Notes: generated by a model not told the origin, from the letters alone. Numbered from the stretch's first letter, positions 29,961 through 40,499 are shown. The stretch is 64,000 nt of DNA from Polyangiaceae bacterium (GCA_965222375.1 CBDCTZ010000005.1:574821-638820); one strand, 5' to 3'. Program-made: numbers and translations.

Positions 29961-32081
29961 ATGCGTAGCCGCTGGTTCCACAGGCCCGCTCTACACAGCC
30001 CCGCCCTGGGGCTGGAAAAGAAAGCCACCTGGCTGGAGCTTTTCTACGATCTGATCTTCGTTGCAGCGTTCATTCAGCTCGGCAACGGCTTGAGCCAGAA
30101 CGCCACGCCGGCCGGCTATGCCGCATTCTTCGCCATGTTTGCGCCGCTGTGGATCTCTTGGACGGGCTTCACGTTCTACGAAAACCGATACACCGTCGAC
30201 GATTTCCTCCACCGCGTGGTGGTTTTGCTACAGATGTTCGCGGTGGCTGGCATGGCCATCAGCGCGCCCACGGTGCTCGAAGGCAAGACCGTGGCGTTCA
30301 GCGCTGCAGCCGGAGTTTCGCAACTGCTGGTCGTCGTCATGTACGCGCGATCCAGCGCGCAGGCCTCCGAGGCCAAGTCCTATAGCCGCCACTGGGGCGG
30401 CGTGTTCGCGCTGGCGGGGGCGCTCTGGATCGGCTCAGCATTCGTGCGGGGGCCATTGGTGTTCGCCATGTGGGCCTTCGCGACCGTGCTGGTCTTGGCC
30501 TCACCTCTCAGCCGACAATCCCGGGCCCTCCAAGAGCGCTTTCCCATCGACTTCGAGCATCTGGGCGAACGCTACGCATTGCTCACGCTCATCGTACTCG
30601 GCGAAAGCTTCGTCAAAGTGCTCAGTAGCTTGGCGGCCACGGGCGCCGGCCTGTCCTTGTACCTTCAAGCGGGAAGCGTGCTGCTGATCACTTGCGGCTT
30701 GTGGTGGGTCTATTTCGACGACGTCGCTGGCTCGCACGTACGGAAGGGTCGCGCCCAGTGGATTATATGGCTCTACTCCCACCTACCCCTGCAGGTCGGC
30801 ATCACGGCTGTCGGCGTGGCTCTGAAGAAGGCGGTCTATTTCGGCTGGGACGCCCCCGCTCCCACGGCCTACCGCTGGCTGCTGGCGGGCTCTTTGGCCC
30901 TGGCCTACGCCAGCGTCGCCGCCATCGACTCGGTGACCGAGCGCCGACAAGCAGAACTTTCGGACCGGTCCCGGGTGAACATGCGGATCTTCTCGGCGGT
31001 CGTGCTCCTACTCCTCGCGCCCGCAGGGCGCGGCATGAGCGGCGGAGCATTCTTGAGTCTGATCATGTTGGTCAACGTTGGCCAGGTCGTGTTCGACATG
31101 ATGATGGCGCCCTTCGAGGAGGCCAAACACGCGGAGCTCGGCGCCAAGTCGAGCAGCGAGATTGCCAGAGACCGCGCAGCAGCCGGTGACACATCACCGC
31201 TGAAGATACAACGAAAGCTCTCGGACGCCGTTCGCAAGGGCACTCCCAGTGAACTGCGCCGGGATATCTACTTCTACTTCATCGAAGGCAGCTGGACGCG
31301 CGTCTTCGTCGCCCTGACCTTCCTCTTCGTCGTGGCGAACGTTCTATTCGCGGCGCTGTACATGCTCGAACCGGGCTCCGTGCTTGGCGCGGACAACGTC
31401 AGCTTCCAGGAAGCATTCTTTTTCAGCGTGCAGACCTTCTCGACCATCGGCTACGGCGTGCTTTCGCCAGGCAACGCATGGGGCAACGCAGTCGTGACCG
31501 CCGAGGCCGCGGTCAGCCTTCTCAGCGTAGCGCTTGCCACGGGCCTGGTTTTCGCCAAGGCCAGCCGCGCCAAAGCCAGCGTGCTCTTTTCCAAGCCGCT
31601 GCTGCTCACCACCATGCATGGCAAACCGACGCTGACTTTTCGCGTCGGCAATGCTCGAGGCAACGAGGTCGTCGATGCCAGCGTCACGATGACCGTGGTC
31701 CTGGACACCATCACCCCCGAGGGACACCACCTTCGCCGGCTGCGCGACCTCAAGCTCACCCGTAGTCGCAGCCCGATCTTCACGCTCACTTGGACGGTCA
31801 TGCACGAAATCGACGAGGACAGTCCTCTCAACGGCATGAACTTCGATTCCCCGGACTTGCCGGTCGTAAGCGTCATCGTCACCCTTGTGGGCCACGATGG
31901 GACCTATGGGCAAACCATCTATGCGCGCCATCAGTACACCGTCGATGACCTCCGCCCCAACCACCGCTTCATGGACGTCATAAGCGAACTCGAAGATGGC
32001 CGGATCATGATCGACTACGGCCGCTTTCACGACATCGAGCCGGATGAGCCGGCCAGCACCGCGCGGGATCCAGAGCGCTGA
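29961..32081 (+). CDS. Fusion of LtrA (low temperature requirement A) membrane domain with an inward-rectifier K+ channel (KirBac)
   Basis: N-terminal ATWLELFYDLIFV and EHLGERYALLTLIVLGE (LtrA). C-terminal FFFSVQTFSTIGYG filter, LVFAK.SR, P.L.FRVGN.R, WTVMHEIDEDSPL (Kir). One uninterrupted ORF. Confidence 0.88.
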   Translation: MRSRWFHRPALHSPALGLEKKATWLELFYDLIFVAAFIQLGNGLSQNATPAGYAAFFAMFAPLWISWTGFTFYENRYTVDDFLHRVVVLLQMFAVAGMAISAPTVLEGKTVAFSAAAGVSQLLVVVMYARSSAQASEAKSYSRHWGGVFALAGALWIGSAFVRGPLVFAMWAFATVLVLASPLSRQSRALQERFPIDFEHLGERYALLTLIVLGESFVKVLSSLAATGAGLSLYLQAGSVLLITCGLWWVYFDDVAGSHVRKGRAQWIIWLYSHLPLQVGITAVGVALKKAVYFGWDAPAPTAYRWLLAGSLALAYASVAAIDSVTERRQAELSDRSRVNMRIFSAVVLLLLAPAGRGMSGGAFLSLIMLVNVGQVVFDMMMAPFEEAKHAELGAKSSSEIARDRAAAGDTSPLKIQRKLSDAVRKGTPSELRRDIYFYFIEGSWTRVFVALTFLFVVANVLFAALYMLEPGSVLGADNVSFQEAFFFSVQTFSTIGYGVLSPGNAWGNAVVTAEAAVSLLSVALATGLVFAKASRAKASVLFSKPLLLTTMHGKPTLTFRVGNARGNEVVDASVTMTVVLDTITPEGHHLRRLRDLKLTRSRSPIFTLTWTVMHEIDEDSPLNGMNFDSPDLPVVSVIVTLVGHDGTYGQTIYARHQYTVDDLRPNHRFMDVISELEDGRIMIDYGRFHDIEPDEPASTARDPER

Positions 32082-33462
32082 CACATCGGGGCAGTGTGGT
32101 TCCCGACAGCCGATCGGCGAAGTTGACAGACGCCAACAGACTTCGAGCCAGCTGTCCCTCCGAACCAGATCCCTGCGCCCCCGCGGACAGCTTTCCACCG
32201 TATTCCGGGAGGAACACTCGCAATCAACGGATGGGTAGGACGCATGCACACATGGTAGGATACTCACACCGCGCAAGACGCAGTCCGTGCGAAACGCACA
32301 GGTGTATTCGACCAGGCCACCACATAGTGCAATTCTCTGGACCTGCGCCCGATGATCGCTGAATTCCACCTACGCATTACGGCGCCCTTGCTTCGCTGGG
32401 TTCGCGACACTCATGGGGAAGACGCGCTCGCAGCCATCGCGGATGAAACCAAGTTGGACCCAACCGACCTGACGCGAGGCACGCGCTGGGTCGATCATCC
32501 GACCTTCGAGGCCGTGCTCTCAGCGTGCCGAGACCTGACCAACAGCGATGAAGCATTCGTAGCGGCGTGCGCCTATCAAATGGGTGAGCACGACGCACCT
32601 CCGCGCCTGCTGAGGGGCGCGATCGGCCCCCACGCCGCGTACGTCCTGGGCGCGCGTCACATGCGGCTCATCGCTCGCGTCTGCTCTTTCAGGGTCACGC
32701 GCCTCGCGGGCGGTTCTCTGCGCATCCAGTACCAAAGCGAAAAACCCGAGAGCAAACTGATGTGTCTCTCGCGCCAAGCACAAATGACCCACATGCCCGA
32801 GCTGTGGGGGCTGCCCCCCGCACGACTCGAACACCCGAGATGCATTGCCCGTGGCGACGAGTGTTGCGAATACCGACTGCGCGTCTACTCACGCCCACGC
32901 TGGCTTGTGCCCATGGGCGGACTCCTACTGGCAGGTGGCCTGGGGACGGCCCTCTGGAACTGGATCGGCATCGATGCCTTTCACGCAATACTGGTCGCAC
33001 TGCTCGGCGCTGGCGCCGGCCAAGTCTTCGAGCTTCGCAGAGCACTGCGTATCAACCAGAGTGTTGCCCTCGCCGTGAACGACGAATCCATTTCGGTCTT
33101 CGCAAAGGAGGTGGAAGCCCGTAGCGAGCTACTCGAGCTCGCAGGCCGTCAACAGCGCTGGGTAGATCTCATGGAGCAGCAGGTGACCGAGCACCGGGAA
33201 GCCATGGCTGACATGGCTACTCGCCTGGAAAAACTGGGCGAACGGCGCGTGCGCACGCTACGGGGCTTTTCACATGATCTGCGCAACCCACTCACAGCGT
33301 TAAGAAGTACGCTGCCAACCATTGAGACCCCGGACACGGATGCAGTCGCCGACATGATTGAAGCGATCGACCGGATGGAAAAGATGATTGACGAGCTACG
33401 CGCGGTGTAACCGTTCAGGGGTTGGGTTGAGGGCCCGGCTCGGGACGTGAGATTCGTGGCGC

Positions 33463-33876
33463 ATGGCGAAGACGACGAGTAACAGCGAGGGATTGTCGGA
33501 GCGGATCGAGCAGCTGGTTCGGGAGCACATCGCGGAAAGCCGGCGGAGCGCGCAGGAGGCGGTCGAGCGAGGCTTCGCGGTGGCGGAGACGCGGGCTGCC
33601 AGGGCGCGGAAGTCATCGACAGGGTCGAGAGGTCGCACGGGACGTCGCCGTCCACCCGAGGAAGTTACGGCGATTGGGCAGCGGCTCTACGCGGCCATCT
33701 GTGCGAGCCCCGGCAAGGGCATGGCGGCGCTGGCAGAGGAAGTCGGCATTTCGGTGCGCGAGCTGCACCGACCGATGACGCGTTTGAGGAGTGCGGGGCA
33801 GATCCGGAGCGTCGGTTCCAAGCATCTGACGCGGTACTTCCCGATGGCGGTGGACGCCGCGGCCGATACTGAGTGA
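33463..33876 (+). CDS. Small basic winged-helix-like DNA-binding protein carried inside the IS66
   Basis: C-terminal HTH-like segment (PGKGMAALAEEVGISVREL.RPM..LR..GQIRSVG....TRYFP); lies between the TIRs, convergent with tnpC. Confidence 0.65.
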   Translation: MAKTTSNSEGLSERIEQLVREHIAESRRSAQEAVERGFAVAETRAARARKSSTGSRGRTGRRRPPEEVTAIGQRLYAAICASPGKGMAALAEEVGISVRELHRPMTRLRSAGQIRSVGSKHLTRYFPMAVDAAADTE

Positions 33877-33877
33877 C

Positions 33878-35332
33878 TCAAGCTGCTGCGGTCTTGAACA
33901 AGGAGGGCCAGTTTGTCCCCTCCATGCGAGCTTGGCAGGACTCGGCGAGGAAAGTCAGCACGTTCTTGTTCTGCTTGCGCGCCGTGTGCGCGATGGTCAT
34001 CACGCGCTCAGCGAAGACGTTGCCACGCTTGCTCTGGCTTCCGAACGAGCCCTTGCGCCAGAGCACGAAAGCGCGCAGTTCCCTTTCGGCATGGTTGTTT
34101 GTCGGCTCCACGTCATCGCGCTCGATGAAGGTCCAAAGCGCCTCCTTGTATTTCAGAATGTTGGCGCACGACCCCGACAAGTCCTTGATGTCGAGGAGGA
34201 CAGCCTTCTCGAACATGGCCTCCATCTGCTGCCGCAGCGGAGCCATCCACGCCAGAAATCGCTCCCGGGTCATTTTCCCCGCCCGGTAGTCGCGCCAATA
34301 ATCGAACAAGATGCCGGTGTAGCCGAGCAAGTCTCGGCCAAGCGCGCCGGCGGGACCATCGCGCTCCGAGAACGACACAAACTTACGTAGCAAATGCGCC
34401 CAACAGATCTGCCGGCGCTCCGCCGCCCAGAAAGTAAGTGCTGTGGCGCGATCACTTACCAAGATCCCATTCAGGTCGCCGAACAACGGCCGGAGTGTGT
34501 CTTTGGCGCCATCGGCGAGGATCCGGAACACCGTCACCGCCGCGGTGGCGATGGTCCAAAGGGACATCGTCGTGCCTGCCTGAAACCAGGTTGTTCCATC
34601 GGTGTGTTTCACATCGGCCTGGACCGCATGGTCCCAGGCTTCATTGACCGCGGGCGCGAGCGCGTCGCTGACGCGCTCTTCGACCGCACTGATCGCGCCG
34701 AGTGAAACCGAGACGCCCAGCACATCGGCAAGTAGCCCTTGCGCCTTGCGCCGGCTGAGATGATACACGCCCGTAAAGAGAGCCACTAACGCCATCAGGC
34801 GAGGTCCAAATGAGGACGTTGGGATCAGAGATTCGTCGTAGCGCGCGCAAGTGACATGGGCGCAGCCTGCGCAGGCTACCGCGTGGCGACGATACTCGGT
34901 CGTGTGCGGGCGGATGGGTGGGACCTCGGTCACCTGGTGACGATGGGCGTGCGGGTCGCGGACTTCCGGCAGCGGTTTCCAGCAATTTTCGCACTCGCGT
35001 GGGAAGTGGTCGACGAACTTGTCCACCTGATCTTCCGGCACCAAGTTTCGGTGGCTGCCCGGGTGCCCCTTCTGCCCACCTCGCTTGCGCTTCTTCTGCT
35101 TGGCCCGCGATCGACGCTCCTTCCGATTGCCCGGGGGATCGCTGGACGGTGGCTTGTGCGAATTCGACGAGTTTTGATTCAGCTTCTCCAGCAAGCTAGC
35201 AACCTGCTGCTCAAGCTCCGCGATGCGGGCATCCTGCTCCGCGATGCGCGCATCCTGCTCCGCGATGCGGGCATCTTTGGCTGCAACTTCAGCCTCGAGC
35301 TGCCGGGTACGGTCGGCCTGCGGATCGCTCAC
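33878..35332 (-). CDS. tnpC: IS66 DDE transposase
   Basis: NSSNSHKPPSSD, GGQKGHPG, CxxC...CxxC zinc finger, HTDGT, VSDR, QICWAHLLR, PTNNHAERELR. Confidence 0.95.
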   Translation of the reverse strand: MSDPQADRTRQLEAEVAAKDARIAEQDARIAEQDARIAELEQQVASLLEKLNQNSSNSHKPPSSDPPGNRKERRSRAKQKKRKRGGQKGHPGSHRNLVPEDQVDKFVDHFPRECENCWKPLPEVRDPHAHRHQVTEVPPIRPHTTEYRRHAVACAGCAHVTCARYDESLIPTSSFGPRLMALVALFTGVYHLSRRKAQGLLADVLGVSVSLGAISAVEERVSDALAPAVNEAWDHAVQADVKHTDGTTWFQAGTTMSLWTIATAAVTVFRILADGAKDTLRPLFGDLNGILVSDRATALTFWAAERRQICWAHLLRKFVSFSERDGPAGALGRDLLGYTGILFDYWRDYRAGKMTRERFLAWMAPLRQQMEAMFEKAVLLDIKDLSGSCANILKYKEALWTFIERDDVEPTNNHAERELRAFVLWRKGSFGSQSKRGNVFAERVMTIAHTARKQNKNVLTFLAESCQARMEGTNWPSLFKTAAA

Positions 35333-36048
35333 CAGCGTCCCAATCGCCCATTTTTGCGAAGATGGAAAGCCGATTGAAATAATGGAGCAATCTCGATCGC
35401 TTGCGCGAGACCGCGGTGTCCAGGCGCCCTACCCCTGAACGGTTACCGCGCGGTGGCCACTTCGGGAGCCGTGGAACCTCGTATGGACACCAGCGACGTT
35501 TCCGTCGCTGAGTTCACGGAACGCCTGAAGCGGCGTCTTCGCGCGCTCACGCATGGTCGGAACCTACACACCAACGTGACCCAAACTCGGGAGGCGCCTG
35601 ACTCGTTCCGAGTCGATGTGGTTCTGCTTGACCGAGTTCTCGACAACATCCTGACCAATGCCGCCAAGCACACCGAGCGCGGCAGCGTCGCCGTGGAAGT
35701 GGGGGGCACGCCAGGTTTCGTTACGATCAAGGTGTCAGATTCCGGCAAGGGCATGACCGACGAACGCATCCAGGCTGTGCTGTCGCCTCGTTCTGCGGGG
35801 ATCCCCTCATCCACGGGCTGGGGCGTCGGGCTTTCGGTCGTGGTGGATCTGCTTCGTCGCGCCGGCGGTCGATTGGAGGCGGTCAGCAAGCCGGGAACGG
35901 GGACGACCATCTGGGCGCACTTTCCGCTGGCACCCCCGCGGCCCAGCAGCAACGACACAGCTCTCGCCACAGATGAGAAGCGCAGGAGCAACGTCGTGAG
36001 CATCCGCAGAACGGGCACGAAACGATCGACGTAGGCGTTCCACGCGAC

Positions 36049-37722
36049 CTAGCGTCCGGCCTCGTGCGCTCCGTCGCCATCGAGAACCTCGCGGACACGG
36101 CGCGCCAGTGTGACCGGAGTCAGTGGTTTCGGCAGACACGACGCGTTCGGGGCCACTAGCTCGTGGTGCTCTATCGCGTGAGCGGCAAAGCCGGACATGT
36201 ACAGCACACGCAGGCCGGAGTGCTCAGCCGTCAAACGTTCTGCCAGCTGACGACCTCCCATTTTCGGAAGCACTACGTCCGTCAGCAAAAGATGAATCGA
36301 CGACCGTTCTTTCTCCCACGCGAGCAACGCTTCCCCGGCGTTTGACGCGGTCAGCACCTTGTATCCAAGCTGCCGAAGTGTCCGTTCCACGGTTGCCCTA
36401 ACGTGCTCGTCATCCTCAACCACTAAGATGGTCTCAGCACCGCGGCCACAGTCTGCACTGGGAGCGGGGACTAAGGTCGCGGGCGCCCCCGTGCGAATCC
36501 GCGGAAAGTAGAACTTGAACGTCGTACCTCTGCCGGGCTCGCTGTGCACCCGGATGTGTCCTTCACTCTGCTTGACGATGCCGAATACCGTTGACAGACC
36601 CAGTCCAGTGCCCTCGCCGAGGAGTTTGGTCGTGAAAAACGGCTCGAATACTCGCGCCTGGGTTTCTGCATCCATGCCCGTGCCAGTGTCGCTTACAGCG
36701 CACATCACATAGTCGCCAGGCTCCACGCCCAGATGACCACAAGCGTACTGCCCGTCAAGCCGAACGTTGTGCGTTTCAATCGTAAGCTTGCCCCCCTCGG
36801 GCATCGCGTCACGTGCGTTGACCACTAGGTTCGCCAGCACCTGCTCGACCTGGCTACGATCTGCTCGAACGCTTCCCAATCCAGGTGACGGGATGAACGT
36901 CAACTCTACTTGCTCGCCAATCATTCGACCGAGCATCTTCTCCATCGCCGCGACACATCGATTGAGATCGAGCAATTCGGGCCGGACGACTTGCTGCCGG
37001 CTGAACGCGAGCAATTGCCGAGTCAGGTTGCCGGCCCGCCGACCAGCATCCTGTATCTCGACGATGTCGTCCCGCAGAGGGTTGTCTGCTCCCACTTCCG
37101 CGAGCATTAGCTCCGTGTGGCAACTCACAACGGTGAGGATGTTGTTCAAATCATGCGCAAGGCCACCCGCCAACTTGCCAACAGCGTCCATCTTCTGCGC
37201 GCGTCGCAGCTGCTCTTCACTGGCCTGCAGCGCGGTTTCAGCCTGCTTCTGTTTGGAGGTGTCTAGTGACAGGACGCACACACCCGAAGGTATCGGAAAC
37301 AACCGGAAGTTGAGCCAACGCCGCGTTCCGTCGCCACACCGCACCTCGCACTCAATTCGTTGCTCGCATCGGTCCACCATGCACGCCTTCAAGGACTCGA
37401 GAAGGGCGCTACCTTCCAGTCCGGGAAGACACTCGGCAATTCCTCTTCGCAACAGGCCATTCCTTGGGACTCGCAGCTGTGACAACGCAGAATCGTTCGC
37501 ATACAGACAGGTACCGTCAAAGCCGATGACTTGGCAGCCTTCGACAAGGCGCCCGAGCGCATGGCTCGCCAATTCGAGCTCTATGGCCCTCTTTGATCCA
37601 CCCAGTGTGTGCGGCCTGGCTGTCCAGCTATTGGCGGTCTTGCTCAACCAGTCCACTTTACACCGCGCACCCTGCCTTCCGCCTCCCTCCGGCGCACCCA
37701 AGCAGCGAGCGTTCCGCGCCAT
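36049..37722 (-). CDS. PAS-domain hybrid sensor histidine kinase/response regulator
   Basis: QKMDAVGKLAGGLAHDLNN, NLVVNARDAM, DTGTGM, FEPFFTTK, GTGLGL, receiver VVEDD...LLLTDVV. Start uncertain. Confidence 0.9.
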   Translation of the reverse strand: MARNARCLGAPEGGGRQGARCKVDWLSKTANSWTARPHTLGGSKRAIELELASHALGRLVEGCQVIGFDGTCLYANDSALSQLRVPRNGLLRRGIAECLPGLEGSALLESLKACMVDRCEQRIECEVRCGDGTRRWLNFRLFPIPSGVCVLSLDTSKQKQAETALQASEEQLRRAQKMDAVGKLAGGLAHDLNNILTVVSCHTELMLAEVGADNPLRDDIVEIQDAGRRAGNLTRQLLAFSRQQVVRPELLDLNRCVAAMEKMLGRMIGEQVELTFIPSPGLGSVRADRSQVEQVLANLVVNARDAMPEGGKLTIETHNVRLDGQYACGHLGVEPGDYVMCAVSDTGTGMDAETQARVFEPFFTTKLLGEGTGLGLSTVFGIVKQSEGHIRVHSEPGRGTTFKFYFPRIRTGAPATLVPAPSADCGRGAETILVVEDDEHVRATVERTLRQLGYKVLTASNAGEALLAWEKERSSIHLLLTDVVLPKMGGRQLAERLTAEHSGLRVLYMSGFAAHAIEHHELVAPNASCLPKPLTPVTLARRVREVLDGDGAHEAGR

Positions 37723-37902
37723 ACTTGGAAAATGCCACCATCATCGGGCGATAAGCACGTAGGCGACCCGCCCCGCGCGGCCGTACTCCGGCGACCCTCC
37801 ACGGCCAATCCGCGTTTTAGAATCGAATCTCCGGTTGCAGGTGATCCGTCCCGCTGGTGCGTGCCGCTTTATGGGCACCGCATGCCGCGCTATGGTGCGC
37901 AC

Positions 37903-38922
37903 ATGCCCAACGGTTTCGTCACCGTGCTTTGGTTCCTTGACCCCGGTGAGGCACCACCCGATCCGGACGCGCGATACCATCACGTCTTGGGAGACGCGGA
38001 GCGACCACGCGCGGCAATCGCGCGGCACCTCGCAGACGGTCCAGTACTCGCCGTCGTCCGCACTGACGAAGACGCCCGCAATGTTCTCGCCTGTGGCGCC
38101 GACGAAGTCGTCCTGTACGGCGACGCTCAGAGGCACGGTCTCGATTCCCTCGCCGAGCGGGCACAGCTCCGCGCGCGCGCTCGGCTCAATCGCGACTTGT
38201 TCCTCATTGACTTGGTGCGGAAGGACGATACCAACGCACTAGCTCTGTTCGCAGCGGCGCTAGGGCGCGAGTTGGCAGCGCCGCTCTCACGCGCCACGGA
38301 GGAAACACGTGAAATCTTGGATCAGATGGCGACTGGCGACGAGTCAACGGCAACGCGCGCGCAGCACGTGCTAAGTTCCTTCGAGAATGTCGTTGGTATT
38401 GTCGAGAAGACACAAGCGCTGCTCGATTCCACGAGGACCGACGAGACCGTGGATCTCTACGGGGCAGTTCAGGACGTTGCCAGTGCGCTCACACCTGCTG
38501 TTCATACCATCGCGGACCTGGTCCTCGACATCCCGCGCGGTCGATGCATCGTGGGTATTCCCCGTTGGCAGATCGTTCTGGTGGTCGCAAACCTCATCGC
38601 TAACTCGTCTCAATCTGTCGCTGCAAAACCCGGACGACGCGGCCAGATAGTGATCCGGGTTGTGGAGGTATCAGAAGCGGCAGTGCTCGAAGTGACCGAC
38701 GATGGTGTGGGCATGGATGCCAGAGTCCGAGTCCATGCGAACGATTTATTCTACACAACGGAACACGATCAGCATCTCGGGCTTGGACTCACGCTGGTAA
38801 CGTCTCGTGTCCGGCGTGCCGGTGGCGAAGTCATGATCGACTCAGAGGCCGGTGGTGGAACGACAATCCGAGTGTTCTTGCCGATCGTCTCGTCGGATGC
38901 TCTGCCCAAGATCTCAAACTAG
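37903..38922 (+). CDS. Histidine-kinase-like ATPase lacking the phospho-acceptor His
   Basis: HATPase boxes NLIANS, DDGVGM, FYTT, GLGL are present; the H-box position reads ALGRELAAPL. Start uncertain (37882 or 37903). Confidence 0.7.
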   Translation: MPNGFVTVLWFLDPGEAPPDPDARYHHVLGDAERPRAAIARHLADGPVLAVVRTDEDARNVLACGADEVVLYGDAQRHGLDSLAERAQLRARARLNRDLFLIDLVRKDDTNALALFAAALGRELAAPLSRATEETREILDQMATGDESTATRAQHVLSSFENVVGIVEKTQALLDSTRTDETVDLYGAVQDVASALTPAVHTIADLVLDIPRGRCIVGIPRWQIVLVVANLIANSSQSVAAKPGRRGQIVIRVVEVSEAAVLEVTDDGVGMDARVRVHANDLFYTTEHDQHLGLGLTLVTSRVRRAGGEVMIDSEAGGGTTIRVFLPIVSSDALPKISN

Positions 38923-39008
38923 GTTCCGCGAGTATCCCAGCTAGAAACGTGTCGGCGGCTGGGTGTTTCCTGCGGAAACACCCCGTCAGAGCGCAGCCGA
39001 AAATGCCC

Positions 39009-39719
39009 CTATTTGTAGCCCCGTTTGCGCTCCCGAAGGACCTTCCGCAACTCAGTCGTACGTTCCTCGAGTTCTCGAAGCGTTTCCAAAGCAACGTCGA
39101 CGTCCTCGTCACCGAGACGCCTAACTGCGCGCCGATCGGCGAAGACCGACACTGGAAGGCCGGCGACTCGTCGAAGTGCGTCCAGGGTTTTCAAGATTGC
39201 TGGCTTTCGGGGGCGGCCACCCGATCCTTTTCTCCTCAGCTGTGCTTGCGCCTGAAGGTGGCTCACGTGCCATCGCTCGTTTTCAGCACGAAGGAGCAAC
39301 TCTTCTTGATCTGGCTCGGGCAAACCCAAGACAACCCGAACGTGGGTAATCCCGATGTGTTTGCTGCGCCGCACCAGGGAGAATCGCGAAGAAAGCTCAT
39401 AGATCGCTACCGCTCGCCACAGATTCGTGGCACTCATGGGCAACTCCGGGTGCAGGGCCAGCCGTCGGAACGACATGTCCTTCGGTCCGCGTTCTCGGAG
39501 CTTTGCCGGATCGCCGTCGAAGAACGCAAAGAAAACGATTTCCCCAACGTCTAGTGCCAACTGGAGGGATGCTGTTCGGGCAACCAGCCGGATCTGTGCG
39601 AGGGCTACCTCTACCGGATCACCACTGAGCGCGAGATCCCTCGCGCGACGCGCAGGGCTGGTTGTCGAAAACCGCTCTCCCACAAGTATCATTGGACCAG
39701 GCCTAGGGCGATGGCGCAA
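39009..39719 (-). CDS. Hypothetical helical protein, weakly resembling the DUF1016/YhcG N-terminal domain
   Basis: GITHVRVVL.LP...QEELL..AE.ERW.V..L pattern; resemblance by eye only. Confidence 0.45.
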   Translation of the reverse strand: MRHRPRPGPMILVGERFSTTSPARRARDLALSGDPVEVALAQIRLVARTASLQLALDVGEIVFFAFFDGDPAKLRERGPKDMSFRRLALHPELPMSATNLWRAVAIYELSSRFSLVRRSKHIGITHVRVVLGLPEPDQEELLLRAENERWHVSHLQAQAQLRRKGSGGRPRKPAILKTLDALRRVAGLPVSVFADRRAVRRLGDEDVDVALETLRELEERTTELRKVLRERKRGYK

Positions 39720-39793
39720 GCTCTAAGGTGAGCTAAAATATCACAGAATCCGTCCCCCCTGGCTAGTTAGCGCTCTCCACTGTCAGACCACGG

Positions 39794-40414
39794 GTGCAAA
39801 GCGTGGACAAGCGAAGTCAACTGATCGTCGACGTGGAGCCTGGGTTAGAAAAGCTCGGTGTGAACCAGCGTCTGGCCGACACCCCGGCCGAGGCGCACGT
39901 TCGCGGCTTGTTTTTCCGGCTGGCGGAGCAGGCGCTGCATCGAAGGTCCCACTCTCTTGTTCGAGCGTGGACTGCCATTGTGGGCAGGACCTCAAGGTGG
40001 CCGTTCAAGTTCTATCCGACCCGCGATTGCATTCGGGAGCAGGCGATCGCTGCGATACTCTTGAACGAAACCGATCCAGCCGAAGCTCTTCGGGACATGT
40101 GGGCGCAGACGCCGGAGTTTTCGCCTCTACTCCGAGCCGACAGATTCATGGCGATTCTAACGGGCAGGGAGCCCGTCCGCGCGCTCAAGTGGCTAGAGCG
40201 GAATCGTGGAATGATGTGCGACTACGGTGGATGGCGCACCGAGTTCCCAAATGACGGCAGCGCCATCTTTCACTACTCAGACGAATACATTTGGATCGAG
40301 TCAGCCCATCGAGGAGGGGTCGAAGGTACCCTCGCTCGCTGCGGAGTTTCCGCGATCGTAACTCCCGAGCTAGACACGGCATATTCCGGCAGACTGCGAA
40401 TAGCCTGGGGCTGA
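39794..40414 (+). CDS. DUF2378 (myxobacterial TIGR02265-like) protein
   Basis: VRGLFF, FKFYP.RD, DYG.W, H.G..EGTL...G motifs. Confidence 0.62.
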   Translation: MQSVDKRSQLIVDVEPGLEKLGVNQRLADTPAEAHVRGLFFRLAEQALHRRSHSLVRAWTAIVGRTSRWPFKFYPTRDCIREQAIAAILLNETDPAEALRDMWAQTPEFSPLLRADRFMAILTGREPVRALKWLERNRGMMCDYGGWRTEFPNDGSAIFHYSDEYIWIESAHRGGVEGTLARCGVSAIVTPELDTAYSGRLRIAWG

Positions 40415-40499
40415 GCGAACTGGCGGCGCACCCCATTGCCCGTCCGTGCTAGCCGCCAGACCCCGGCGCCAGTCGTCCCCGCCGGGGCAAGGACACCAG

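Larger units (their letters stand above)
33407..35446 (-). mobile_element. IS66-family insertion sequence (2040 bp, no tnpA/tnpB)
   Basis: Terminal IRs GTAACCGTTCAGGGGTTGGG / GTAACCGTTCAGGGGTAGGG (19/20); 8-bp TSD CGCGCGGT at 33399-33406 and 35447-35454. Confidence 0.96.
32352..36034 (+). pseudogene. Membrane sensor histidine kinase (H-NOX/V4R-like N-terminus) interrupted by IS66
   Basis: 5' part 32352-33406 has a V4R-like CIARGDECCEY motif, two TMs and the H-box SHDLRNPL. 3' part 35455-36034 has the N, G1 and G2 boxes. Removing the IS and one TSD restores the frame ...ELRAV|ATSG... (about 544 aa). Confidence 0.9.

Noticed and set aside
35222..35276. 21-bp tandem repeats in tnpC
   Set aside because: They encode coiled-coil heptads (DARIAEQ), a common transposase N-terminal expansion.
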